A stretch of DNA of 63,440 nt, filler included, from Rhabdomonas costata (taxonomy: Eukaryota): the NCBI GenBank assembly GCA_019059605.1. It is 49 parts of 49 records of this genome, joined end to end, with 100 filler letters (N's around TTAATTAATTAA, not from the genome) between each part and the next. Parts side by side here need not be neighbours in the genome. Positions count along the whole stretch, not along the records: positions 12,972 to 14,168 come from JAHMHO010024011.1; positions 14,269 to 15,465 come from JAHMHO010024012.1; positions 15,566 to 16,762 come from JAHMHO010024013.1; positions 16,863 to 18,059 come from JAHMHO010024014.1; positions 18,160 to 19,356 come from JAHMHO010024015.1; positions 19,457 to 20,653 come from JAHMHO010024016.1; positions 20,754 to 21,950 come from JAHMHO010024017.1; positions 22,051 to 23,247 come from JAHMHO010024018.1; 41 more parts are not named here. One strand, 5' to 3'. Position numbers and translations under genes: made by a program. The notes beneath the pieces were generated by a model. It was given only the letters and a program-made list of their open reading frames with translations. It was not told where the DNA came from and searched no databases. Shown in pieces: positions 13,351 through 25,391 of this stretch. Position 1 is the stretch's first letter; each line of letters begins with the position of its first letter.

Positions 13351-14349
13351 CTAGTCCACAACGAAAACATCACAAAGGCAAAGTTCGCGGTGGGGTGGAA
13401 TCACTGCAAATTAGAAAAGCAACCACTGCGGACAAGGCACCGATGTGTAGTATTGACGATCCTGTGTGGCACTGTGTGTGTAGGTGTGCATGTGTGTGCG
13501 TCACTTGAGGTTGAGACGAACCGCTGTCCTGTGCACATTGCCGCAGCCGCAGCAGCGGTGTCGTGTGCCGAGACTAACAGCTCGTACTTTGTGTTCTTGT
13601 GTTCGTATGCTGTATCTTCATTCAGCCGAAATTCTTCAGCATTGCTTCTTCTAAATTCACATTGGTCGTATCTGACGGTTTGGGGCGATGGTCTCTCTTA
13701 CACGCAGCAAACGTCGCACAAACATCAATAAGCTCACAGTACCAGGTACCAGGTACATGGCCCCAGGGAAGAGCATCAGGGCACGGTATTGTTTTTATGG
13801 GTATTCCGGAGAGCAAGAGTGAAGCAGCAAAACTTCCAGGGCTCCTCCCGTCACATCAAAGGATTATATTGTCCGTTTTACTTTAAAAGTGAGAATTGTC
13901 CATAAAATGAGAGCATTTCAGACATAATAGCGAAAAAAGCTGGTAAATGAATAAACGAACTGAGACGACCCCCTCGTTGCATTGACGCCTTCCCATGTTT
14001 TTATCGTTGGGGATTCTAAAACTCACTTTTGATGTGGAGCGGGTCATAATACGCTCCGACCTCTGAAAACAGCGGTCGGAGCTCTTTGAATAGGGAGCGA
14101 CTCCCATTTGTCTGCTCTGGTATCGAAAGAGACCCACACGCTCAATGAATAAGCTCAGAGTCACCAAANNNNNNNNNNNNNNNNNNNNNNNNNNNNNNNN
14201 NNNNNNNNNNNNTTAATTAATTAANNNNNNNNNNNNNNNNNNNNNNNNNNNNNNNNNNNNNNNNNNNNGTTGGTTTTGTGCAAGGTTGTCGTGTATGCTG
14301 AACCTCTGCGTCCCCACCACCCCAACCGCTCTCGCTCTGTATGTGTAAG

Positions 14350-14501
14350 GGCGAAATATCAGTGTGCTGATGCCCGAAAGTGCTCGTGAAGCCCACGACG
14401 AGAACCTCTGCCGCTACCGCTCTGCGTGCGCGGCCAGCCTGGAGACGGCCCACCCCTCAACTGTGGTGGGTACCGCCCGCGATGTGGTGGTAGTGAAAAA
14501 G
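14350..14501 (+). CDS. PAS domain exon (FixL-type)
   Basis: AAG|...|GTTGAA exon: GRNISVLMPESAREAHDENLCRYRSACAASLETAHPSTVVGTARDVVVVKK, matching G.N+S+LMP...R..HD..L.RY......++G..R+V....K. Confidence 0.75.
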
Positions 14502-14509
14502 GTTGAAAC

Positions 14510-14545
14510 TTGTTGTTGTTGTTGTTGTTGTCGTCGTCGTCGTCG
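14510..14545 (+). repeat. Compound microsatellite (TTG)n(TCG)n in intron
   Basis: ttgttgttg...tcgtcgtcg read directly. Confidence 0.9.
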
Positions 14546-16368
14546 CGGGGAAGGGGGGCAACCTATTTGTCTCATGTCTTTCGCATTGTCCTCTTCCATC
14601 TCGTAACGTTTGATATAACAGAGGACCTGTATGGTTTGGGACCTGGAAAGGCTGATCTTTCCTTCTTTTTCTGGTGGTTGCTCTTTCGTCTCACTGAATC
14701 GCGAGGGGAACCAAAGCAGTGTAACAAAGTGTCACTTGCGGCCGGTTTCTATATCCGGCCACGCATATACTTGTCTTGAGGCTTTCCAGGGGCGTGGATT
14801 CGGGTTTGCCCATTGTCCCAAGTCCCAAGTCAGTCGAGCAATCTCCCCAACTCAACCACCCACATTTTTTCGCCCCTCATCGTTAACCAGGTCCTCGCTA
14901 ACTCATGCCTTTCACTGAGTCTTCCCGCTTCTCTGAAATTCCCTGCTCGTGTCTGCCGTGTGGATCATCATTCTGGGCTTGCTGCGGTTGTATGTGCAAA
15001 TTACCCTCCAGGGCGGCGGCCGAGTGAGCGTCCTGCTGTTCGTTGACCGTGTTAACCGTGCGAGTGCCCGGGTCGAGGACTGCATTCTTGTGGTATTGTC
15101 AAAAGAAATGCTTCGCCTTTTCTTTGGGTGCGTCCTTACGGTGTTCACTCAGAGTATAGATGACTGACAGTGCTTTTGTGCTCACTCACTCACTCACTCA
15201 CTCAGCACTCACCGACCGATCAATCTAAAGTTAGCCCAGTGCATCAAGGTTACTGGCTTACTGGACGCGCGAGCCAGGGACCCACGGGCAGACTCAATAG
15301 AGTCCTGACAGCAGTGGCGGTGAACCAGTTCCCCGGGCACCACTGTGATTGCTCTGGAGGTGAACATTCTGAAAATCAACTAGCGCATACGTCGCACCAG
15401 TCAGCTAATTCCAGACCCTTATATAGCACAAGAGTCGGCCAGCGCGCGTCGCGCTCAACAAACCCNNNNNNNNNNNNNNNNNNNNNNNNNNNNNNNNNNN
15501 NNNNNNNNNTTAATTAATTAANNNNNNNNNNNNNNNNNNNNNNNNNNNNNNNNNNNNNNNNNNNNTGTGTGGTGGTGGATGTAAGGACGCCGTGGAGGTG
15601 AACAACGCAGAGTTTAACTGTTCAACTTTGCCACATTCCCTCCATATGTATTCAACTGCCTTTCCATTTGAAACGGGTTTCTTCGGGAAATGTACCCCTT
15701 GGACGTCCTATCTCTAAACACCTCCTTCCTGCCCCGAAGCACGCCCTCTGAAGCAGTTGTACTCTTATATACTGTGCCAACTTCCCACCCAGAATATCTT
15801 TGCACAGCTGCCGGTGCAGTTGACATACCTTTATAGCAGTCTTAGCGACGGCAAGGACATTCAGCCAGGTGCCATGCGTTGACATGCGGTATGTTCTCGT
15901 GTGCTTTTAGCTCATCCTGCTAAAGGAGACTCCCCACACATCCGCAAAACATCTTCGCTCTATTGCAGACGAATGCTGTGAGCGTTTGATAATCTCAGGT
16001 GCCACCTTCGCAGGACGTTGTCACACACACCTCTGCGTAAATTTTCATCAGAAGCCTTGTTCGGGAAGGGACCGCCTGTCTCCACCTTCTCTGTATTTTC
16101 CGTCTGTCGAAAAAGGTCGCCCTGCGCAACCGGGCTCCTACCCTCGCGGTGACGGGCAGAGCCGCTTCTGGGGGGCTGGGGGCTTGGGCTGCGCAAAAAC
16201 TCCGGCAGGGACCCAAAAATCTCCTCCTTGTCAGAGAGCGCGGTGCGGAGCTTCTGCGAGAAACAAAGCCGCACCAATTTGACTCCACCTCAAGAGAGAC
16301 CATTTAAAGATACGAAAAGGAGAAATGGATGTGTCCTCATCAACATACATATATACGAGGATGGGTCA

Positions 16369-16401
16369 GTTCAACGGTGTTCAACGGTGTTCAACGGTGT
16401 T
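16369..16401 (+). repeat. 10-bp tandem repeat (GTTCAACGGT)x3
   Basis: Three perfect copies plus a partial copy. Confidence 0.9.
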
Positions 16402-16862
16402 AAAACAGAAAACGATTTTGAGGCAATGTTCGGTTACGCAGGTTTGTATAAAAAAGTAAACCGTACTGCAGTCTCTGACAGGGAATGGAAGAGGTTGCTG
16501 GGAGTGGAAAAGCGAGTGCCTATCTAGGTTGGAGCTCCCACATATTTTAGTCCAGCTTCCTGACTTGAGATTGAAAAATTGGCCTCATCTGTCAAAACTA
16601 GCGACTGCTGAAAGAGAGAATTTCAAGAGCTGCTCAGGTGTCAGCGACAAAATCCCAGCCGTCTAGCTTCTCCAGGCGAAGTATCTCTCAGTAATTGCAA
16701 TTCTGGGGTTGAGCCGTAGCTGCTGACATCAACTTGCTCCCATCTTCCCTCTCACCACAACANNNNNNNNNNNNNNNNNNNNNNNNNNNNNNNNNNNNNN
16801 NNNNNNTTAATTAATTAANNNNNNNNNNNNNNNNNNNNNNNNNNNNNNNNNNNNNNNNNNNN

Positions 16863-17874
16863 GGGTGTTGGGGCTGTTGCTGCTGCTGGCAGGAGGGGCT
16901 GAGGCTGCGACACGGTGGCACCAGCTGGAGGGTTACACCCCGGAGCACTATATACTGGAGTTCAGGCGCCAGTACAGGTGAGTGTGTTCGGTTAAGGCTG
17001 GATAGAGCTTGAAAACTGTGAAAGCAAAAGAGCTTTCGCCGTTGTTGCTTTCAACGAAGTCAGTGGGGCTGACCTGAATGATATTGCCACATTGCATCTT
17101 TGCTGCAGCCCTAACAGGCGGAAATCTCCGGAAGGGATTCTACTGTTAGGGCTCCTCGAGGTAAGGTCTGAATTACGGCCCAGGTTCTTGAGTTGGCAAT
17201 TCATTTGGCCCTGTGCCGGCAATCCACTTTAGACCTGTCTCAAGGAAAGGCTAATTTTTGAGCCTTCGAGCTTTTTTGGGCTTTCGGCCCGCTGTCCTTT
17301 TGCCTTTTCAGTGCGGATGAGAAATCAGCTCGGATGGAGCTGCTCGCCACAAGGCTGGACGAGATTCGGCAGCACAACAAGAACCCTCATGCAAGCTGGA
17401 AGCAGGGCGTCAATGAGGTAGGTCGCTGCCTTTGACTTTTGTTGTGTCGGTCGATAGCGGTCACCAACAACAACCTCATTACCGGCCCAACACCCTGCAG
17501 TCAGCACAAGAGCAATTTGAAGCAATGAAGAGCAATTTGTTGGCCCGGAAGTGCCTCCAGATACTGCAGGTTGACACACCTGAAGATAAACTGAGAAGTG
17601 CGCTTCACAACGAGCAGTTACGCCCCAAGGACAGGAAGGAGGATGAAGCCTCAGGGACCCGCGCGGAGAGTGGTGGGATGAGGTGATTTGCAATGTTTGC
17701 TTCCCCTTCATCCTTATGATATGTTTCTTTGCCAGTTCACCGATCGCTTCCCGGCGGAGCTTGCGGAGCTGCTGAAGTATGACCGCTCCTTCATGGGTAG
17801 CAACCAACCCGCCGACTCTCTGCGCGCAGTGTCCAAGAGTCCCGTCCTTCTGACCCCCGAAAACAGCCCCACGG
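16863..17874 (+). CDS. Papain-family (C1A, cathepsin L-like) cysteine protease: signal peptide and I29 prodomain, partial (3 exons)
   Basis: Exons 16863-16977, 17312-17417 and 17736-17874 give LLLLLAGGAEAATRWHQLEGYTPEHYILEFRRQYS|ADEKSARMELLATRLDEIRQHNKNPHASWKQGVNE|FTDRFPAELAELLKY..., with a hydrophobic leader, an ERFNIN-like motif and a GxNxFxD motif. Confidence 0.85.
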
Positions 17875-18274
17875 GTGAGTGCATAGATCATAGATCATTG
17901 ATCACGTGCATTTATAGATCCTTCGTGGTGGTTGGTTTGCTTGTTTTCTGTTTTCGTGCCCTTTCGTATCGACAGAAAGGAAAGAACATCGCGTCCCATT
18001 GAATCGTGACAACTTAACCGTGCACTCATTGGTGTGCTGTCTTGGGCACCCAAAAAAACNNNNNNNNNNNNNNNNNNNNNNNNNNNNNNNNNNNNNNNNN
18101 NNNTTAATTAATTAANNNNNNNNNNNNNNNNNNNNNNNNNNNNNNNNNNNNNNNNNNNNGGTTGTTGGGTGATAAGGACACCTGACAATAAAGCAGCTAA
18201 CAGGGAAGTAGCCGTAGTAGTAGTAGTAGAAGTAGTAGAAGAAGAGAGTGATCCGGGAGAGGAGAAGGGCTCAC

Positions 18275-19249
18275 CGCTGTAAAACGTGCCAACACATCTC
18301 GCCCACAGGGTCTGCAGGGCATCGCTCACCGCGATGGATGGAGAAAAGGCGTACAGCCACTCGCCTTTTGACAAAGCACACAAGGGATGGGGTGACCTGG
18401 AAGTGAAGTGATACTCGCAAAAAAAAACAAGGGCGAGGTCAAACCATGGCAGCACGAATGTCAGCCGCCAATGCCTTCCATTTTGCATAAGTGGATCTTC
18501 ATCCAGCGTTACCAATTTCAGCGGAGTTAAAAAGTCTCACGTCTGAAAGGGCACCAAAAACCACCAAAATCCTGAGGATACAAATAACGAATCAGCACCA
18601 AAACTGATTCCATATCGTTTCACACTATATATGTTAGGCACAGGTTCACTTAACAGGCCCAAAGGAGGAAACATTCTTCTCGCAGGGGGTTAGGACGACT
18701 TGCACGTGCTGCACGGGCGTAGCCCCCCCCCCAGCAACGTTCCTAGGGTTAGGGAGTGATGCCTCTGTCTCTGAATTGGAGAGTTTGTGTGGTAATGAAG
18801 AGAAACTACTACGCAGCTTTCCCTATCAGACTCTCACCTCCTGTGATGATTGGTGTGTACTTGCTGTTCCTTTTCGGGCCCGTTAAGTGAACCTATGCCA
18901 TATGTTAAATGCTAAATCTAGCTTTGCTTTGCTGAACTGGGAAGATAAACGCCCCCCCCCCTCAACACACACACACAAGCACACAAGAAAAACCGGGACA
19001 GGAGCAGCCGGGTAGAACTCTAGAGCGTGGCTTGTGGTTGGGGTTGCACTTGGATTGGCCTTGCACCGAAAACACTGCTGCCGCTAGCTCACATTTACAA
19101 TAGAACAGCAACACCGTTGTAATCCGAGCGGCTGACTAGGGCCTCGGGTACGAGCTGGTACAAACACCCCTGGGGCCCCAGCAACTCGCTCCGCACCACG
19201 TCAAGGAGGAACAGCGCATCGCGGGGGCCATTCTCGCGGATCCTTTGAT
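18275..19249 (-). CDS. Hypothetical protein, partial (2 exons); intron hosts a MITE
   Basis: Phase-1 GT-AG exons 19249-19115 and 18364-18275 give DQRIRENGPRDALFLLDVVRSELLGPQGCLYQLVPEALVSRSDYN|GEWLYAFSPSIAVSDALQTLWARCVGTFYS. Confidence 0.55.
18637..18899. mobile_element. 263-bp MITE with 24-bp TIRs and 8-bp TSD (Merlin-like)
   Basis: Left TIR GGCACAGGTTCACTTAACAGGCCC (18637-18660). Right TIR reverse complement GGCATAGGTTCACTTAACGGGCCC (18876-18899), 22/24 identical. Identical flanks ATATGTTA at 18629-18636 and 18900-18907. Confidence 0.85.
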
Positions 19250-20754
19250 CTGCAGAGAGTGCGAGGTAGCGGGGAGGGCACACGATGGCGGTGAAGTAAT
19301 ACTATTCTTGGCACTTCGCATGCCATTCTCATCGCCATGCACAATCCCCCACCACCNNNNNNNNNNNNNNNNNNNNNNNNNNNNNNNNNNNNNNNNNNNN
19401 TTAATTAATTAANNNNNNNNNNNNNNNNNNNNNNNNNNNNNNNNNNNNNNNNNNNNGGTTTGCCTGCGGCGAAGATGCGGGCCTTACGTGACAACATATA
19501 CACATCGACAAATACATGCAAGCTTGTAAGGAACAAGGGTGGTAGACTGGTTTTATTATTTGCCACCGCATAACGACTTGAAACGGCATTTCAACGTTAT
19601 ACCGACGCTATACCGTATGGCGACGTTGTACCATACAAAGACCGGTATGACAACGTTAAAGCTTATGCAAACAAAAAACCGTTTGGCAGCCCACCCCTCC
19701 GTTATACCCCGTGTACCGTTGTACCGTATAGCATCGCAGTACCGTCGTTTAACACTCCCGCTCTCCGTCCTCCCAAATGCCCTGTGCCATGGGCGTGGGG
19801 GTGTGGGGGCGGCGGATGGAAGGCCACCGAAGTTCCAAGGGCAGGGACCCCCGAGGCAGCATCAACGATGCCAGCAGGGCGTGTCGCTCGCTCCGGAACT
19901 CCTGCTGCAGCAGAGCTGAGCGCTCGCTGATCTGTTCCTGCAGGCGGCTGCACCCAACAGAAGCGAACAGTGAAGAACCAAGAGCGGTGGGCTGAACCAA
20001 GAGCGGTGGGCAGCGCTCTTGTACAGTAACGGGCATCGTGGGAGTGAATGTCGAATGCTTTGTGATCGGAGGACGAGGAACATGAGGAAAATGAGAATCA
20101 GCACGTTCCGTAATGCGATGCCGTTAAAATTGTACACCTCCACCACAAAACAGTTGCCAATGTACCGCTGTGATGCTTCAAAAGGGCTGCAAACCAAATC
20201 AATCGAATGAAACCTTTCGAATTACAGTTCAGAAAAAGAAGGGGAAGCCTGGGAAAACCTGCGCTCGGTTTTATTTTGTGCGACGCACATTCTTATTTGT
20301 TGCGTAGGGATTGCAAATACGGGTGGATCCCGGGTTGCAAACTCTGACATGAATACCCATAAGGGCGACGAAGAAAAAGTAGTCTGGGCAACCTGCGAAA
20401 CTTGCTTGCCACCCTCTGCCTCTCAAAATCCTCCTGAATGTTCTCGTCCCGAAGCTGCCTAACGGTGTAAAGGGCACGTCACGAAGAAAAACACCCACCA
20501 CCCTCCATTTTATGAATTTTGGTCGGTAAAACGGTAAGCCCAGCATAGACAAAAAGGGAGGGAGGGCTACAAATGTTGTTCATCCTTTCCTGAAAAACAA
20601 TGCGCGTTCCACATTATAGAGCGTAAGTCGAACTAACAACCTTCTGTTCATAGNNNNNNNNNNNNNNNNNNNNNNNNNNNNNNNNNNNNNNNNNNNNTTA
20701 ATTAATTAANNNNNNNNNNNNNNNNNNNNNNNNNNNNNNNNNNNNNNNNNNNNT

Positions 20755-21079
20755 GTGTTTTGGATAGTCCAAGTGGTGCAGCAACTTTCTCGCGACATGG
20801 CCCGTGCCGCTGGAATGAATTGGGATGGCACTCAGCGGTCGACCTCGGTGTTTCTTGAGCTTAATCATCTTCAGAGGGCCTTCCGGACAATGGCAACGAG
20901 CCTGAGGCAGTACAAGCACTTCCTCCCTTCCGAAGTGGCGAAGGAGACCGGGGCGGTGCCGGAGTCTCCTCGGCATGGTAGCCCCCTGAACCCATTGAAT
21001 CCTCTCAAGCGGTTCCGGTTACCTATTTCCCATGTGGCCTCAGCAGAGCTTACCTCGATTCCGAGCATTTCGGTTTCAG
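20755..21079 (+). CDS. HAMP/linker region typical of receptor-type adenylate/guanylate cyclases, partial
   Basis: VQQLSRDMARAAGMNWDGTQRSTSVFLELNHLQRAFRTMATSLRQYKHFLPSEV follows the HAMP pattern L...M...A.M......S.+.E+..LQ..F..M...L and ends in Y+.FLP, as seen before class III cyclase domains. Confidence 0.65.
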
Positions 21080-24000
21080 GTCAGGATCGTCGTGTGTCTT
21101 TTTCCATGACTCAGACGTCGTGCCTTCAGTTTGGCACAGTGGTTTGTATCAGCCAGTTCCGTGCAGATCTTCACTTACAGTATGTTTGAGCCCTCTCCTC
21201 TCTTAGCCACCGAGCACCTTCTTAGGTTTGTATGGGTGCGGTTCGAGCCTAATTCTAGATTTTTAGGTTTTCACCCCAGCACAGCGCTTGTCTTCTGTTG
21301 TTCAACGTCAGCAGCATCGGGAGTGCGGTTGCGGTGGAGTAGGTGGTGATCCTCCAAGTGGCATCACTTTCCTGACATTTCGGTCCTTAGATTTCCTTTT
21401 TGTTGGTTAGTTTTTCTTGATAATCAGTCACAAGGACGAAGCAGGATGTGTGGTCAAAGACCCTCCCGCCAAAATGCCCCCCCCCCGTCAATATATTTGC
21501 ACCACCCTTAGTATTAGTCCCAGCCACACCAATAGTTTTTGCATAGCTGGTGACTCAATATCCGAGTTTTGTTTTTGCTCAGAAGTTAGAGTATTTCGCC
21601 TGGTTCTTTCGACCTTTGGTTTTGTGATGTAACTTGACCTAAGAGTTTCAATCAGGGAGAATGTTTTCACCTCTCGGGGGTAGGCAGGTGGCTCCACGTG
21701 ATGCCTGAGCCTGAGGCGAAGGGGGCCAAGAGACACAGCTTAGGGGTGCGCAGAAGTGGTGTAAGCCTTACTGCTGCTCTTTTCGTCACCTTTTTTCTTT
21801 AGCACACACACAGTCACACTCAAATTTTGCAACCCTAGTTTTAGCTTTAACGATGTGACCCAACTAGAATGCCACACACCGTCAACGGTGATGGCTGGCT
21901 GCTGCTCCTGGAACCTTTCGGCTGATGAGGTCCTGGACGACAATTGTCTGNNNNNNNNNNNNNNNNNNNNNNNNNNNNNNNNNNNNNNNNNNNNTTAATT
22001 AATTAANNNNNNNNNNNNNNNNNNNNNNNNNNNNNNNNNNNNNNNNNNNNGTGGGTTGTTGGCAGCAGAAATGGGCAGCTGTGGGGGGACCTAGGGTAGA
22101 AGCTCCCGCCTTGAGGTGGTGTGGGTGAGTTGTAATAGTAGGGGCTTTGTATGGCGGAAGGCGGGAGAGACCTGCTTGCATATTTGTTGTGTGTGTGTGT
22201 GGATCGGGGACAGAAACCATCTTACACGTGACACTGCAGGTTTGAGTTTCGCTGAAGAAGCAACCTTTCTTTTCTGTTATTTTCGCCTCGCACGCACGCG
22301 CTTGTTTGAAACAGTAGACCAACCACCACAGTAAAAGGGCAGGGTAATGCTATGCTGGTGTTGAACTGTGGATTGATCGCTACGTGGTGCAACATGTCAA
22401 TCATGTTCATAAAAATACCCACCCACACACCACAAAGGACACGACTCTTCTTCCTCCGCAGCTCATATTTCCATCACGTTATACCCCGTCACACACCTTC
22501 ACGGTTACTCATGGACGCCACGTGCGCATCTCTCCCACCACCTGTGACCTGGGCACCTGTGACCCACGGGGTGGAGTCGCCAACCGCGTTAAAACAAGCA
22601 CCCTGAGAGCCTTACTCCCCTTGGGGGGTTGAGAATGCTTAAAATACGGACTATTGGTTCGTTCCAAGGATTACAAGAGCCACGATGCGATGCCGGAGAT
22701 CAGAGACTTGAACACATGACACCTGTAATCCCTCCGTTACACTTTCCTTGTGGAAGGTTCACGCTGAGGTGGCACGAGAAGGAGTCGGACACCCGAACCC
22801 GGTTTGGTGGTCGGGTAAGTTGCAGTTGCGGTTGCATCACTTGACACAGGGCAGCCCGCAGCCTTCTGTCCCCATGGTACACCAGACACAGCAAATGTCA
22901 CATCCACGATGTGACCGGCACCGTTGCTGCTGTCAACCTGCCTAGCCACTCACAACCGTAATGTAATGGCAGCATGCCGGGGGTTGGTCAAAGCCTGCCT
23001 GCATTCCGGTCCTTCCAACTGACTGGCTCACTGCAAAACGGACCGTCATTGCACCCCTACACGACGAGGGACCAGTTCAAAACTGGCGATTCAAGTGCAG
23101 AAAATGCAGTGCAACCCCCCCCCCTACCTCTGGGGATGCTGCGTCTGACTTCCACAACCATGAGAACGGAGGACGGCCATACCCTAAATTGACGCACAGT
23201 CAGTTGAACATTCCAAGTTACCTCCCGCGTGCCATTATTGCAGGCCGNNNNNNNNNNNNNNNNNNNNNNNNNNNNNNNNNNNNNNNNNNNNTTAATTAAT
23301 TAANNNNNNNNNNNNNNNNNNNNNNNNNNNNNNNNNNNNNNNNNNNNTTGGGTTTTGAGGAGGTGCGGTGCTGTAATAGAGTTGTTGACACTCTCTTTGT
23401 ATCGTCGCATCCCTGTCTCGCGAAGGGCGTGAAGCTCTCCTCTTTAGTGTGAGTGGTGTGGCAAAGCTATCCCTTGAAGATTGTGTATGTGCTTTCTTCC
23501 TTTTGTGGCTCTGGTGGGATCAGAGACCTCGGATTGCAGCCTAATGACATGGGCTCAAATTATATGAGTATATGACTCATTGACAAAGTGTGGCGAAAGC
23601 GAATTCCCTAGCTCTGGACAACTGTTCATTAGCTGATACCGTTCATGCGGCACTGGGTCTGAAGTGATCAACTTAGGCACCACTGTCTGTTTTCCGACAT
23701 AGGCTTCCCTTCTGGTACTTTTATAAACCGGCACCATGACCCCAAAAGTGGTCACCACATCGGCAGGAATGTTGGCTTGTCTCCGCGCTCTGCTCCCCGC
23801 CGCAGCTGCTGGGGTCACAATGGCGAATGTCTTCTGACATCTTTTCTTTGCCGTTTTTCCTGGCGAGGTCTGTTTCTTTCACCGTTGATCGAGTTAGGAA
23901 GTGGGGAAAGTGGCCCAGGGATTGCTTTGGGCTGGAACACCTTCCAGCGCCTCTCTCCCCACCTTCCCGTGTGCACATGACCTTACATTGTGAGCACTTT

Positions 24001-24891
24001 TCCGCTGTCTGCGTGACTTTTTGGTGCTTTTTTTATCTTGCTGTGCCTTGTTCCGGTCCGTAGGTGCGTTGCTGCTGCTCGTTCCTACCCTTTTCAGCGC
24101 GCTTGTCTCCCCCTCCCCACGTCAGTAACCCTGGGCTTTTCAATTAGTTTAATTGTGGACCATGTCCTGGGAGCGTTTTGCGAAGGAACGACCGTGCCGA
24201 TGCAGTGTACTGATTGTCGCAGAAGTAGTGCACGCTGTGAAGCGCAACTGGTGGGGAGACGAGAAGAAATTCCAGAACGAAGACCAAGTTTCTTAAATTT
24301 CAAAAACATTTTAGTGAGCCTTGAAACCCGTGCTCAAATCTGCCAGCCCAAACCACTGGAAACCAGCCCAGCAAAAAGGCAATGCCATGGAATGCCGTCA
24401 CAAAATGCAAATATGCTAATATTCTACCTTAGGGATTGGATTCCAATGGGTTCAGTACTTTCTCGTACACTTACTGCAAATCTACAACGTTATCTGTGAT
24501 GTCGTTTCCAACGATTTCCAACGGAAATTTTTGGAAACCACACANNNNNNNNNNNNNNNNNNNNNNNNNNNNNNNNNNNNNNNNNNNNTTAATTAATTAA
24601 NNNNNNNNNNNNNNNNNNNNNNNNNNNNNNNNNNNNNNNNNNNNCACGCCCCTCCTCATTGAGGTGACAAGTGTCAAGGTGTCAGACTGCTTGAGTGTGG
24701 TGGCGCGGCGTGTACAGGTCCCTGGTCAACAACCACAACAGGTGAAGGCAGAGGACTGAAGATTCCGGCGACGCTCGACACCGATGTGTTATTAAAAAAG
24801 CTCACGCGGCTCTGCGACATGCGAACTGTGATGAGGTTTAATTCGTTGGTTTGTGAGAAGAACAATAACGCACACGCGAAGCACAGAGAAC

Positions 24892-25391
24892 CCTTTCGAT
24901 GACGGGAAGGAGCTGCCCATAGTGCAGCCCCATCCGCAGCCTTAGCCCGCGCCACAGGAAGGCGTTGGGGTTGCCCGGGCACAGCTCCGTGTACTGATCC
25001 TCGTCAAACAACAGCCCGGGGGGCCAGTCCACCTGCGGGGGAAGGCCGAAGGTAAAAACAAAATAGGCGGGAAAACAGCCAGACAAAAAACCATCTCTGC
25101 CCCCCCCCCCTTACCGATATTGAGTGACGTCAATATAATATTGCAGAATTACGGGAAGACCGAGACCCATCCCCCACAATGGATAATTTCAGGTCCGCGG
25201 AATCAGCACAGTTCAATGAACAGCAGGCAGAGATCACACAAGAGCACACCCCACTCTCACAGGTGGCATTCAGTACATATCTGTCCTTCTGCACATACCT
25301 CGAGCAACTTGCGCTGCACAGTCATCCCAAACCGCACCGCGCAGCCCAGGTTGGGGAAGATGATCATGAAGGTGTCGCCCTGAGTCTTCAC
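24892..25391 (-). CDS. Class III adenylate/guanylate cyclase catalytic domain, partial (2 exons)
   Basis: Exons 25391-25299 and 25032-24892 give VKTQGDTFMIIFPNLGCAVRFGMTVQRKLLE|VDWPPGLLFDEDQYTELCPGNPNAFLWRGLRLRMGLHYGQLLPVIER, with VKT.GD.FM, WP..LL and W.GLR+RMG+H.G motifs. Confidence 0.9.

Noticed and set aside
18686..18754. TTAGGG-like words (ggggttagg, tagggttaggg) suggesting a telomere
   Set aside because: There are fewer than two full tandem units and they are internal to the MITE.
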